Assembly (NCBI GenBank): GCA_051294905.1
Contig: CM119372.1
Location: 32,614,001 to 32,678,000 of the forward strand
Length of the DNA: 64,000 bases
Direction of reading: 5' to 3'
Source: Botryllus schlosseri
Lineage: Eukaryota
Shown here in pieces: positions 36,431-47,800 of the stretch. The notes beneath the pieces are model-generated. The model saw only the letters and a program-made list of their open reading frames with translations. It did not search any database and was not told the origin of the DNA. The position numbers and the translations under genes were made by a program. The number at the start of each line of letters is the position of its first letter. Position 1 is the stretch's first letter.

Positions 36431-37960
36431 ATTTTTGAAATTTCTCGTTTCTTAACATCAAGAACTGGCAACTGGTTTTCCAGAGAATTTTGAGATCTGG
36501 CAACCCATGTTCCAGTTATTCCTAAATTTTATATACGGAAAAAATACGTTATTTCCATGTACATTCACAATGATTCACCCGGTCATGATATTTCTGCTGA
36601 TGTGCTATTAGCATCACAGTGGTATGGCAATATGCCGCTCAAATGATGATAAAGGCCTGCAAATCCTAATATCCAAGGTTAGAAGCTTAGAACGAGAACT
36701 GAAGAAGAGAGATTCGATTTTACATCAGTTTCAATTGTTATATAATTTTATAGTAAAATGCGCCAATTTGGAGCCAACGCGTCAAACGTAATTTTTCGTT
36801 GCCAAACGACCTTTAAAACAGCCAAATTTCCGAAATTTGGCACTCAAATGCGCCAATTGCAATTGGCAGTGCGCCTGATTGGAATCGCTGGCCTTTTTGC
36901 CTGATATATCAGGTGAGCAGCGATGATTTTCCAAGTTAAAGTAATTTAATAAAAAATAATCAAAAAATAGAATATAGTGTGAGCACAGGACACCGATTCC
37001 ATACAGGCCAGTGCGCAATTGTCAGTGCTATCCTCCAATGTTGCCAACTCCGCAACTCCGGATGGAAGAAAATCGGTAAAACTGGTGTCAAAAATCGCTA
37101 GATGTCGCTAAATATTGAGAAAAAAGCGCTAAAAAATAGCGCTAAATCTGCATTGATTGCTAAAGGTGTTAAATTAAACCATAGCCTTTACAAACTAGCC
37201 TGGAAGCGGCAGACCGATTCAGTGCTTTTGTTGTTCCGTGCAGCGACACCGCGTGTAAGACTGCGACTTTCAATTTCTGCAGCCATTTGATACTTGGAGA
37301 TGTGTGTATTCTGCATATCTACCCGATCGATCTGACTGAGGAAGAACTCAAAGAAATGTTTAAAGACGTAAGTAATAGCTATAAAACATCAAGGACAGAA
37401 ATAAAATACGTCCTTTCTTGTGGTAACTGATGATATACAAATTATTTCAATAGAGCAGTGAAATCAAACGGAATCAGGGAGTAGGCCTACTCTCCCCGTT
37501 GCTGTTCTGTTGATCCAAGCTTGTTGAAAAGTCGGATGACGTGTTGCTCATATTATGTTTCAGAATGAAGAGGACGTAGTTGTAACGTCAAATGAAGAGG
37601 GATGTTTTGAGATTCAAACTGGAGATATTGATATCGGATGTTAACTGCCGTCACTTTCATCTTCACAACAAAGATCTGTACAGTACTGCTGGTGCTGGGG
37701 TTATAGATCCTCTCTACTGGGATCATAACTATTATTGGTGTGACATTAGATATGACTCTGCAACCCAACGGAATACTCAACAATGTGAGTAATAATTATT
37801 TACCGCGTTTTTTTCGGACGATTTGTGCTTCTAAACTTGTCCCTGGAAACAGCAGAACCATACTATAAAATGACTGAAAAATTGCAAACTAACAGCATAT
37901 CATTGCAAAGAACAGTATATTTAAAAAATATCGATCATACTGTAGCTATGTCCTACATAG

Positions 37961-39717
37961 TCATAACTTAACGTTGGAACTTGTTGGTGCTTCAATTGGT
38001 TGCTTCAACACAGCCAAGTTCAACATGTTGGTAGCAAACTGACATATTGTTGGATTATTTGTCCTTGCCCCACGTTCTCTTTGCATACCGAAGTATGCCT
38101 CCAAAGTGTCGACTGGCCCTTTCTGCTTGCTTTATAGGTACCTCCTGCAATTTGGACAGCCTGCGATATTTACTCCTTTGCTTTTCATCAAATTTAACAT
38201 GTGACTTCATGCATTCTGCACATACAGAACCATCTTTGGAGATGACAACCTCGCATGTTTTGGGATAATGTCTGCAAAAGTAACATCCTCGAAATTGTTG
38301 GTATAATTGCGTCACAGTTTTAAAATAAGGATAATAATATTTATAATATAAGAATATATGATAAGTATCTGCTTTGCTTGGAAACTTGCAAACTACCTCA
38401 TTGCAATGTACTTGGTCGTATTTCTGAAGTTTTTTTTAAATTCTTTGCCAACTTTTGTAAGTCTATTCAACTTTGTAATTTTTATTTTCTCAGATCCAAT
38501 ACACGAAAAACTTAACTGACCTCGATTTTTCGACCAACTTTCCTCCCTCTTTTGTTGCAGTGCAACGTACTCTCCAGAGGTTATCTTCCACGCTAAAATC
38601 TGCATACCCGTCACAGACATCCAACTTTTTCAAATCCCGAAGCAGCTTTTGAAGCGAAAATTCCAAAGTAAGAGTATGTGAGAATGCTGATGCATACACT
38701 CCTTGAATGGCTAAAGACAGTTCAAAGGAAGAAGATTGATGCCGAATCAAGAGACTCATGTATGGACACGCGTGAATGTCGGGGTCTTTGTAATATGTCA
38801 AGTGCAGCCTGTTTTCATCGATTTTGTGGGCTCTCCAGTTTACAATAGGATGCAAAACAAAATCAGTGTAAACATCATCAATAGAACCATAATATTTCTT
38901 ATTCGGGTAAGAAATTGGAAGTGAATATTTGACAATTGTTCTTCTAGCAGAATTTGGAGTGCACTCGTGTGATTTTTTTGGGAGATTTTCCGTAGGCAGA
39001 GCTCCCCATTTGATCCGGGATCGTTTGCTGTTGGCCACTATGTCTCCTGAAGCAAAATGCTTCTCGCAAATGTACACTTCCTTCGTCTTCAGACGATTAC
39101 GAAATTGAGAATCATCCCTGTATTTCAATAAACGCTGAAATGAAAGGATACTTGATGTTCATGGATTGCATTGTGGTTTTTGGGGGTCAATGAATAGATG
39201 GATTGGTAACAACGGTAGGTACCGGACGAGCAGGTATTCACTAGAGGTGGCAATAGAGTAGGGTTACCATACGTAGGATTTGTCCTCCTTTTTCAGGTTT
39301 TTGAAAATGTCCTCTGAGGACACCTAAATGTCCTTCTTTTTGGCGATTCGTCCTTTACAGCTGAGATAATGGAAATTCGTGGTTCGATCAAAAGCGACGA
39401 CCTTTTTTTAGTCAACCCTTCAGCAAAAATAGCAAAATCGGCTGATTTCAGTTTTGACCAACTAACTTATCTGAATTGGTAAAAGTATCCTCCTTTCCCC
39501 CTTCCAAAATATGGTAACCCTACAATAAAGTGATCATAGTTTAGAACGAGTTGTTAACCTGATGAAAATTGGATGCCCATTCTTGATCTGCAGAATGGGA
39601 GCTACCATCTTTCTCATTTGGAACTTTATACAGGCGAATCCTACTTCTCTGAGAACTTGTACACCCCGGCAAACAGCAGTATTTACCGGATCCCTTTCCA
39701 CACCAGGCCTTTTTCAT
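37961..39717 (-). pseudogene. THAP-domain P-element transposase, internally deleted
   Basis: Exon 39717-39559 (KYCCLPGC...LYKVP...W) splices in frame to 39134-38521 (ICEKHF...ALPT), completing a C2CH THAP domain; exon from 38271 gives C-x9-CxxC. The frame switches near 38110-38130 into DTLEAYFGMQRERGARTNNPTICQF (catalytic Glu motif), with a stop at 37963-37961. The RNase H core is missing. Confidence 0.88.
39259..39522. mobile_element. TAGGGTTACCAT-family MITE in the first intron of the THAP gene
   Basis: TIRs TAGGGTTACCATA/TATGGTAACCCTA; TSD CAATAGAG/CAATAAAG. Confidence 0.85.
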
Positions 39718-40224
39718 GTCTCTCTGTAGGCAAAACTATCTAATTCTTTCTCAATTAAAGAATAGAACTCGGTCACTACTTCACAATTCCAGCAACTTGA
39801 CAGCAAATTTTGTCATTGTAATGCAAAAGTAACAAAGTTTAACACTCAATCATTGGGCTATTCATGCATACCAAAACTTAGCAATTTTTTTTTCGTTCCA
39901 ATGTAGTAATTGACAAATAATTGCAAAGAATGAACGAAGTGACGAGCAGCCAGTAATCTATTGATATTTTTTTTCCAATAAAAAACTCTTAAAAACACAA
40001 GATTGTCATAATGAAAAGTTACGAGGGAGACTTGGAGTAATTGTTTTTTAATTTTCTAATATGACACCCAACTTGGCCTCAGAGAACATTTAAATGCATG
40101 CAAAGTGTACACTGAAAGAAAATAATAGAAAGCAATATAAAATGGAAACGGAAATATGCAAAGGAAATGAAGTAGCATATGTCGGAAATATGAAGAACCA
40201 GTTTCGATAATGTTGAGACCATAT

Positions 40225-41226
40225 TCAACTTCGGATACGATCTCGCAGTGCTTTGGAACCTCTAGATTTATATTTCTTTTGTTCATGATAATTTCTCGTC
40301 GCAGCCAGGCAGTATGTATGAGTTCTTGTTCTCACATATTTAGAAATGAGGAGTTTCACAAGAGTCTGGTCACAATGTGGATAATGTAATGGAATATTGA
40401 CATTCCCGAGAATGCTTCTCATGTCAATAAACCGTGAGTTTTTTTGCTTTTGAAAATAAATTTCGACTTTTTTCATTAGGTAAAAAAATCTTTCATTTGG
40501 GCATATCAGTCCTCCTCTGTTTTTAGGTTCGAATTCCATTGGTAGAGGGTTCTTAGATACTTGGTTTTTACACCAATCTCTCCATTCACCAGGAAACTTT
40601 TTGACAGCCCACTTCAATATAGCACCACATCTATATTTAATTACTTTCAGGTCATCATCAGTTATCAATACACTCTTATACTTTGAAACTCCCCAGTCCG
40701 TAGCTTTTTTAATTGCTCCAGGAATAATCGTCTTCAGCAAGTGCTTGACACGACTTTCAGGTATATCTAAGCAGCAAATGTAGGTCTTTTGCATGAGGGC
40801 AGAGTATGATAGCATCATTTCCTTTTTACTTTCGAATGATAGAGTTTTCTTTATATCTTGCAATAGTTCTTTGTATAGGTCTGTTTCCTTTTTTATCGTT
40901 ATTTCCAATCCTAAAGTACATATCCCGGTGTCCAATAGTTCCTCACAGTTAACATCCGATATCAATATCTCCACAGTTTGACTCTCCGAACATCCCTCCC
41001 TATCTGACGTTCCTACTATGTCCTCTTCATTCTGAAACATATGAGCAAAACGTCATTTAACTTCAAGAGGCCCTTTTCAACACAACAGCAAGGGGGGGTA
41101 CTCCCTGGTTCCGTTTGACTTTCACTCCTTTATTAAGAACATGAAATAATTAGTATATCATCAGTTACTATAGCTATTACTTACGTCATTAAATATTTCT
41201 GCGAGTTCTTCCTCAGTAAGATCCAT
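40225..41226 (-). CDS. Second P-element gene: acidic N-terminus plus P-transposase C-terminal-like domain (~282 aa)
   Basis: Exon 1 41226-41185 (MDLTEEELAEIFND, GTAAGT donor), exon 2 41031-40225 after TTTCAG, phase 0, uninterrupted. Motifs VIKYRCGAILK, NRGGLICPNERFF...VEIYF and KYVRTR resemble the YIxGY...RGGLxxPS...E..F...R pattern at the C-terminus of P/THAP9 transposases. Confidence 0.78.
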
Positions 41227-41663
41227 CGGCTAGATATATATACAAAATACGCACAGGTCCAAGTAGCAAATGGCCGCAGAAAATGAAAGTCGCAGTCTTA
41301 CACGCGGTGTCGCTGCACGGAACAACAAAAGCACTGAATCGGTCTGCCGCTTCCAGGCTAGTTTGTAAAGGCTATGATTAAACCATTATATCAATACATT
41401 CTTCTCGGCTATATTTTACTCGTCTGGGGCCAAAGTCACTTATCATATTTCTTTTTCATAATACGGAATAGTCATCTCTAAGCGGGACAAAACGTGCAGT
41501 GCATTTCGATAAAGCAAATTGCTTTGCACAATGATCGCTATACGTGACCACTGAGCAGGTTTGCAGGCATAACCGCTGAATATATAAGCGTGCCTTGCTC
41601 GATGCGTCCGTGGATACGTGATGCGATGTACCGTGAAAAGTGCGCTTGACTTCTTCTCTAAAC

Positions 41664-42297
41664 CATAGTGTCCTATATGGTGTCGACACAAGCAAATCTC
41701 ACGGTTCAATGAAATTGTATCACGTCGCAATTTCCATTTGGCAACAGGCAATTTGACGGTTATCTTTGACCGGCTTGCCGGGCAATAAATTTGATGAATC
41801 GGGTATCAATCGAAAGCTGACTCCGCACTGATTACGAAAATATAAATTTTATTCCACTCATGGCCCTGGAACCCCCACAATCAGCCCCAAATTATTCATT
41901 GTTGAGTAGATTGGCAGTGTGACGCAACAATGCTGTCTGGCGAAACGAGAGAGAAACTCAAGAGCAAGGATGCGACCGAGCGGCGAGAGTGGGATCCTCT
42001 TGAGTTTCTCTCTCGTTTCGCCAGACAGCATCGTTGCGTCACACTGCCAATCTACTCAACAATGAATAATTTGGGGCTGATTGTGGGGGTTCCAGGGCCA
42101 TGAGTGGAATAAAATTTATATTTTCGTAATCAGTGCAGAGTTAGCTTTCGATTGATACCCGATTCATCAAATTTATTGCTCGGCAAGCCGGTCAAAAATA
42201 ACCGTCAAATTGCCTGTAGCCAAATGGAAATTGTGACGTGATACAATTTCATTGAACCGTGAGATTTGCTTGTGTCGACACCATATAGGACACTATG
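41664..42297. mobile_element. Palindromic P-type MITE
   Basis: Termini CATAGTG...CACTATG, ~300-bp nearly perfect inverted arms with a short loop; 7-bp TSD TCTAAAC (41657-41663, 42298-42304; empty site at ~26030). Confidence 0.93.
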
Positions 42298-43339
42298 TCT
42301 AAACTGTGTTGGAGTACTTGAACACGACATGCGACTTGACACACGTGAACACGATATGCGACTTGACCCGACTCAACACGACTTGAACCGGGTTTGCCAG
42401 CCACTATACGTGAGACGCTAAGAAAATAATCCGAGGAACAACCCGGGGTATGAAATTTAATTAATCTGGTCTTAAACGAAAGCTAGTGTCACACTGATTC
42501 CGACAATACGAATTAAATTCTTGTCAAGACAACGACCTCAAAACAGCCCCCAAAGTCTGAAAATCGGCATTGATCATACAGAACAATCGCTGAACGAAAT
42601 TGGTCATTGTTATGATCATAGTGTTGCGGCGGTGCCATTGTTGGAGCAATGCCGGTTTTCAGATTTTGGGGGCTGTTTTGGAGTGCATGGTTCCATTGTC
42701 CGGACGAGATTTTATTTCGTATTTTCGAAATCACTGCGACACTAGCTTTAGATCATGGCCAATTATATTAAATTTCAGCGCTCAGGTCGCCAGATGTAGC
42801 ACTGCTACTTTTAGATTACTCAGCAAGAAGAGACACTGTTTGCCCATGCGTAACCGCCAGGAGTTGCGTATCTACTATCTATCCGTATAGGTTAGTAATC
42901 TATAATTATATATCATAGGAGTCCGCACTCTGGTGACCGGTATAGCGAATGTAGTGGTCGGTCAGAACTGATATTTATTGGTTATTTTCGGTAAAAAAGC
43001 GCTAAATAATCGCTAAATACTTTATCAAAAATCGCTAGATTTATCGCTAGGCGCTAGATCCGTATTTTTTGGCGCTAAACCGGATGAAAAATCGCTAGAT
43101 CTAGCGCGAAAATCGCTAAATTGGCAACACTGCTATCATCACTATTGCATTCGCATTTCGCAAGACATTAATATTAGCAAGTCGAGCAGAACGGTGGTCA
43201 GTGAAGCATGTCTGATAACCTGCTGGAGTTGTAAACACTGATACAAGCCCCACGTTATAGTAGTTGATCTGCGTTATAGTCCTTAATCTGACAATTCAAC
43301 GAGAATGCGATTACATTAACTATTGCCTCAGATACAGCT

Positions 43340-43603
43340 GGGGAGATAGCGTAGTGGTAACGATAAGCGCCCCCAAATCTGACGGAACCGGATCGATTCC
43401 CGTCAGAGGTTTATCTGGGCTCCTCTTCCCCCGCCGTTGCCGTTCTTACGGCGACAAAAAAGTCCAGAAAAATACCCGACGAAAGAAAGCACTCGCAAGG
43501 AATGGAAAGAACTATAGTAGAAAGGTCCGCGGCTTCAAAAAGATCAACATCGAAAAGAACTGTGACATCGGGCACTCTAGGCCGAGGTGGATGTTAGAGT
43601 ATA
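43340..43603 (+). mobile_element. tRNA-derived SINE, 5' portion
   Basis: A box TAGCGTAGTGG (43347), B box GGATCGATTCC (43390); body matches 46808-47016 inverted; a matching 3' tail lies at ~43935-44010. Confidence 0.8.
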
Positions 43604-44242
43604 ACCCAACGATATTATATTGGTCGAACGACATATATTGGTCGAATGGATGGAATATACATTAGGATATGGCGGGCTATATATAATTGAAATACACGCG
43701 TTTATAAATGATAAGTCAGGTGGTCGTCATCATCATCATTGGTTTATTAGCAATTTTATCAGTTCAATACACCACAAATTGCGATACAATGAAAAGATAG
43801 GAAGGTGTCGAAGCGACTTGGAGTAGTCTATGGAACGAGAAGAAAGCTCAGTGGAAGAAAGGCATAAGAGACGATATATACAGATATGGGAAAATGTACC
43901 ATAACGAGATGTTATATCTTATAAGTGTATGGACCGCATTGTGTGTCTTGTATATCGCATTATACATTGCGTATATGTCTTGGGCAGATTAAAAAATATA
44001 TATATATAAAAGAAGTGAGGGCGCAGGGCGACCTACACCCGACAAAAAAAAGAGTTCATTATAGCGGCACATCGAATGTATAGGTGAACGGGGTGCCATA
44101 ATATCCAAATCAATGAATGCGATAACGTCGATCAAATGACTGCAATATTGTAATGATGTAATATTTATACATCATGATTTTATACACCAGATTTACGAAA
44201 CATTGTCAGGTAACATGCGCAGAAATTTGGGATGTTCTCCTA

Positions 44243-44657
44243 TCGGGTTACCATATTTTGAGATCCGAAAAAGAGAACACTTCTGAAAGCTCCTGTACCG
44301 GAAAAGAAAACTGGTGATTTTGTGACTTTTCCGACCAATAGTACCAAAAAAAGGTCATCACTTTCACTCAACTCCCGAACTAACTGCTTTTTACGTAAGA
44401 ACTTTTGTTGACTAAAAAAAATCTTTCCCATCACTACTCCCAAAATACCAGTCGCGTCGTATTTTTCGTTGATTGTCTTGCCAGCTCTGGTGTTCGCTGC
44501 GTTGGAGTCGAGATTTTGATCGCATTTTAATACTTTTCCTAGAAAAGAGGACAAATTCGCAAAAAAGATGAACATTTATAGGCGTCTTTCGCAGACACTT
44601 TCAATTTATTGAAAAAAGAGGACAAATCCTCTTAAAAGAGGACATATGGTAGCCCTA
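44243..44657. mobile_element. TAGGGTTACCAT-family MITE, diverged
   Basis: Termini TCGGGTTACCATAT...ATATGGTAGCCCTA; AGAGGAC repeats; TSD only partly conserved. Confidence 0.7.
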
Positions 44658-44827
44658 TTCTCAGTGAAATATTCATTGATGCCATCAGTTACTGTTCATT
44701 CGAGACATCTAAATACCCAACAGCTGTATATTCGATAATTGAGTCGAATTTGTGATGTTGGGTGTATGCGTTAGTTTGTTATAGGCCTATTCCTGATGAA
44801 ATAAGGAAAAGACAGTTGCATCATTGA

Positions 44828-45694
44828 TAGGGTTGTAATGACTCAAGTCACGATCTTCTGATTCTGATGACTCGACTTGACTCGAGTCATTTTCTTAAAA
44901 CACGGAAATGACTCGACTCGACTCGAGTCAATTTGTGTATTGACTATACTTGGACTCGAGTCATTGCGCATGACTCGATCCAAGTCATATGACTCGATAC
45001 TCAGACGGCCAAAACCGTCATTTCATTGTAATTTCGAAGTAAGGTAACCACACTATTTAGATTTCGTCTATTGGTACTGGTGCTTGAAAATGCGACCAGA
45101 AACTGCTAAAAGTCTGAAAAATTAGTTTATTATAAAGACGAACCATTCGATGTCACCAAATAGAGTTATAAAAAGTGGGTTTAACATAGGGTTACAATAT
45201 TTTGGAATCAGGGAAGGAGGACACTTTTTTAATATTTTCAGACTTACAACACTGGAGTAAAATCCTGTAGAAATGATCAATTAAACACGAAATTTTGGTT
45301 GGTTTACTAAAGAAAAGTCGTCGCCTACGTTCGAACCACGAATTACCTGTTTAGCATCATTTATGCCCATTTTCACTCGAATCTATACCCATCATCTTTG
45401 CTCTAAAGGCTGTAAAGGAGGACATTGAGGCGTCCTCGGGAGACATTTTAAAAAACTTGATAAAAGAGGACAAATCCTTTTTTATGACGTACGGTAACCC
45501 TAGTTTAACAATACTTTAACTAGAAACTGAGCAGTCAACACAATGACATGAAGTCGGACTCGACCCTCTGCTCGCCGACTTGGACTCGGATTTGACTCGG
45601 TTGTGAATTGAAAATGACTCGACTTGACTCGGTTACAACTATAAAAGTGAGATTGACTTGTGACTCTGAGCCTTGTGACTTGGTTATAACCCTG
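44828..45694 (+). mobile_element. GACTCGAGTC-family MITE with nested TAGGGTTAC MITE (45187-45502)
   Basis: Outer TSD ATCATTGA and inner TSD GTTTAACA are both perfect. Confidence 0.9.
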
Positions 45695-46665
45695 ATCATT
45701 GAAGAAATCGGCTCATGAAAACTGCATACAAGCATACAGGGATCGCGTATCATTGTTATTGCTCATTTGCAGGGCCGTATAACTTACGCAACCTATTATA
45801 GGGGATCTCTCTCGCCCCTTGTAGTTGTTACCAGATTCTAGCATGGCTTGTTATGCTTAAACAAAAAAAAATAGGAAGTACAAATACCGCCATTTGAACC
45901 AGTTCAAAGCAGCAAACCCATATTGAAGGATGAGTAGGCCTAAGCCTACTTATACCCACAGTAATACATGTTGGTATTTCTAGCATTAAATTATAGAAAC
46001 CCACAGGGACGACAGCTAGCGTACTGTATGTTGATGATTATGAAAATTAAATATCTGAGACAGGGGTGGCTAACCTGTGGCCAGAGAACAAACATTATCC
46101 AGCCGCCTACCTACACGTTATTTAATTAGCGTGTGATGACAGCCGTGAAATGCAATTTCAATTAAAGAATTGGATTTTAATTCAACTTGAAAATTTTGTC
46201 TCGCGCCATTCAGGCTGATTTAATTTTTCGTTATTAATATAGTATTGCCCTTGTGATCTGAGCACCAATGCACACATGCGAATCGCAGAGTTAAATGATG
46301 CACCCCATAAAAATTAAACATAGAACAATAAAAAAAAAAAATGGAATCGTGTGTGGTTGAGCGCCTCACGAAGAAAGGTTTTTCTAGTATACATTTGGGC
46401 GATTCCAATGAAATTTTGACGATACCAACAATCTGTTGCCAAATTTATTCCAAACCCTTTCAATACTCTAACAACATATTCACACAATTGTAGTATGCGA
46501 ACTCACGGTAATCTGTGCCTTATCCGAACGAAAATCATGACTTTATATGCGATCAAACAGTAAAAGTCTTCAATCCCGGAGCCTCGTAGATGGACGTGTT
46601 TGATACTCTTTTAATGGAAGTGACGATCGACGACCCATTTGCTGCAAAACATGTAGGCCTATTTA

Positions 46666-47022
46666 ACATAACATAACATAACATAACATGGTTGGGTTAT
46701 ATTTTTATCTGAACAAGTCACACACAATGTACAATGCGATAAGACACAATGCGATGTCATGAACAGATAGGAGGATGTAGAACGACACGCATCAGTAGCG
46801 ATCCTTTACTCTAACATCCACCTCGGCCTAGAGTGCCCGATGTCACAGTTCTTTTTCGATGTTGATCTCTTTGAAGCCGCGGCCCTTTCTACTAGTTCTT
46901 TTCCATTCATTGTGAGTGCTTTCTTTCTTTTCGGGTATTTTTCTGGGCTTTTTTGTCGCCGTAAGAACGGCAACGGCAGGGGAAGAGGAGCCCAGATAAA
47001 CCTCCGACGGGAATCGTTTGCA
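46666..47022 (-). mobile_element. tRNA-derived SINE, 5'-truncated, with (TGTTA)n tail
   Basis: 13-bp TSD GTAGGCCTATTTA (46653-46665, 47023-47035); pentamer tail; homology to 43393-43600. Confidence 0.88.
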
Positions 47023-47800
47023 GTAGGCCTATTTACTAGAAATTTTGTTTAGCTGACTAAAAATGGGACATCACAATCATTCGACTCTCGAATGACCCGC
47101 TCGAACCTACTAACCTATTTCACATCATTTATGCCAATTTTCAGTTGAACATCTACATTATCCTAGCTGTAAAAGCTGTAAAGGACGACCAGTTGCCAAA
47201 TAAGAGGACATTTAGGCGTCCTCGGAGGACATTTTCAAAAACCTGAAAAAGGGGGACAAATCCTCCTAAAGGCGGACGTATGGTATAACCCTACTTGATA
47301 AGAACCACTAATCTATTTACTGCGTGTGGATGATTCGTTACGCATTGACGAGCAAACCTAATACTTTGTGATGTAATCATGAGTAGTAGAATTTGAAAAC
47401 CCGACGTATCTGCTATCAATAATTTGATCAAATATCGCACTATTACTTGGTCAGGGATGGTCAGTTCATGTCATAGTTCTGGTAGTAACAAAATGTAATA
47501 GTTATTTTACAAATAAATCGATTACATTTGTCAAATAATGGATTACTATTACTATTACTTCAGATTTTGTTCGAATGTAATCGATTGCGATTACGATTAT
47601 TTGAAAATGCTGTAATCGTTGTAATCGATTACGATTACTAACCACGATCACCCGATTATTGGGCCTACTTCTGCGCATTTGATTCTGATTTCAGAGACTA
47701 CTCCAACTCGTTGCGACACCTTCCCATCTTTCCATTGTGTCGCAGTCTTGTGGTGTATTGAAATGATGAAATTGTGGGACAGTGACCGCGATGTACTTCG

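Larger units (their letters stand above)
25593..36623. mobile_element. Foldback-type DNA transposon with satellite-containing inverted arms and a central USP fragment (~6.3 kb without nested insertions)
   Basis: Left end ACCACTGTGA[hAT insertion]TGCTAATAGCACATCAGCAG... is the reverse complement of the right end ...CTGCTGATGTGCTATTAGCATCACAGTGGT; flanking direct repeat ATGGCAAT (25585-25592, 36624-36631); the arms continue as inverted ~192-bp arrays. Confidence 0.9.
37180..41376 (-). mobile_element. P-superfamily transposon with long TIRs (Galileo-like layout), two genes
   Basis: Termini CATAGCCTTTACAAAC...GTTTGTAAAGGCTATG; 7-bp TSD ATTAAAC (37173-37179, 41377-41383; empty site ATTGAAC in copy 1); TIR homology ~37180-37646 vs ~40945-41376; THAP and P-transposase motifs inside. 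Confidence 0.93.
37036..43132 (+). mobile_element. hAT-type non-autonomous element, copy 2, carrying two P-type insertions
   Basis: TIRs CAATGTTGCCAA/TTGGCAACACTG; TSD CTATCCTC/CTATCATC; colinear with 25603-26826 once 37180-41383 and 41664-42304 are removed. Confidence 0.92.

Noticed and set aside
26827..36621. Transib/RAG-like transposon, because the arms begin CACTGTG and end CACAGTG (RSS heptamer-like)
   Set aside because: No 5-bp TSD at those boundaries (AATAC vs GTATG), the inverted match extends further out, and no RAG1-like coding sequence is present.
43340..43410. Functional tRNA gene
   Set aside because: It continues directly into a repeated SINE body and lacks a convincing acceptor stem.
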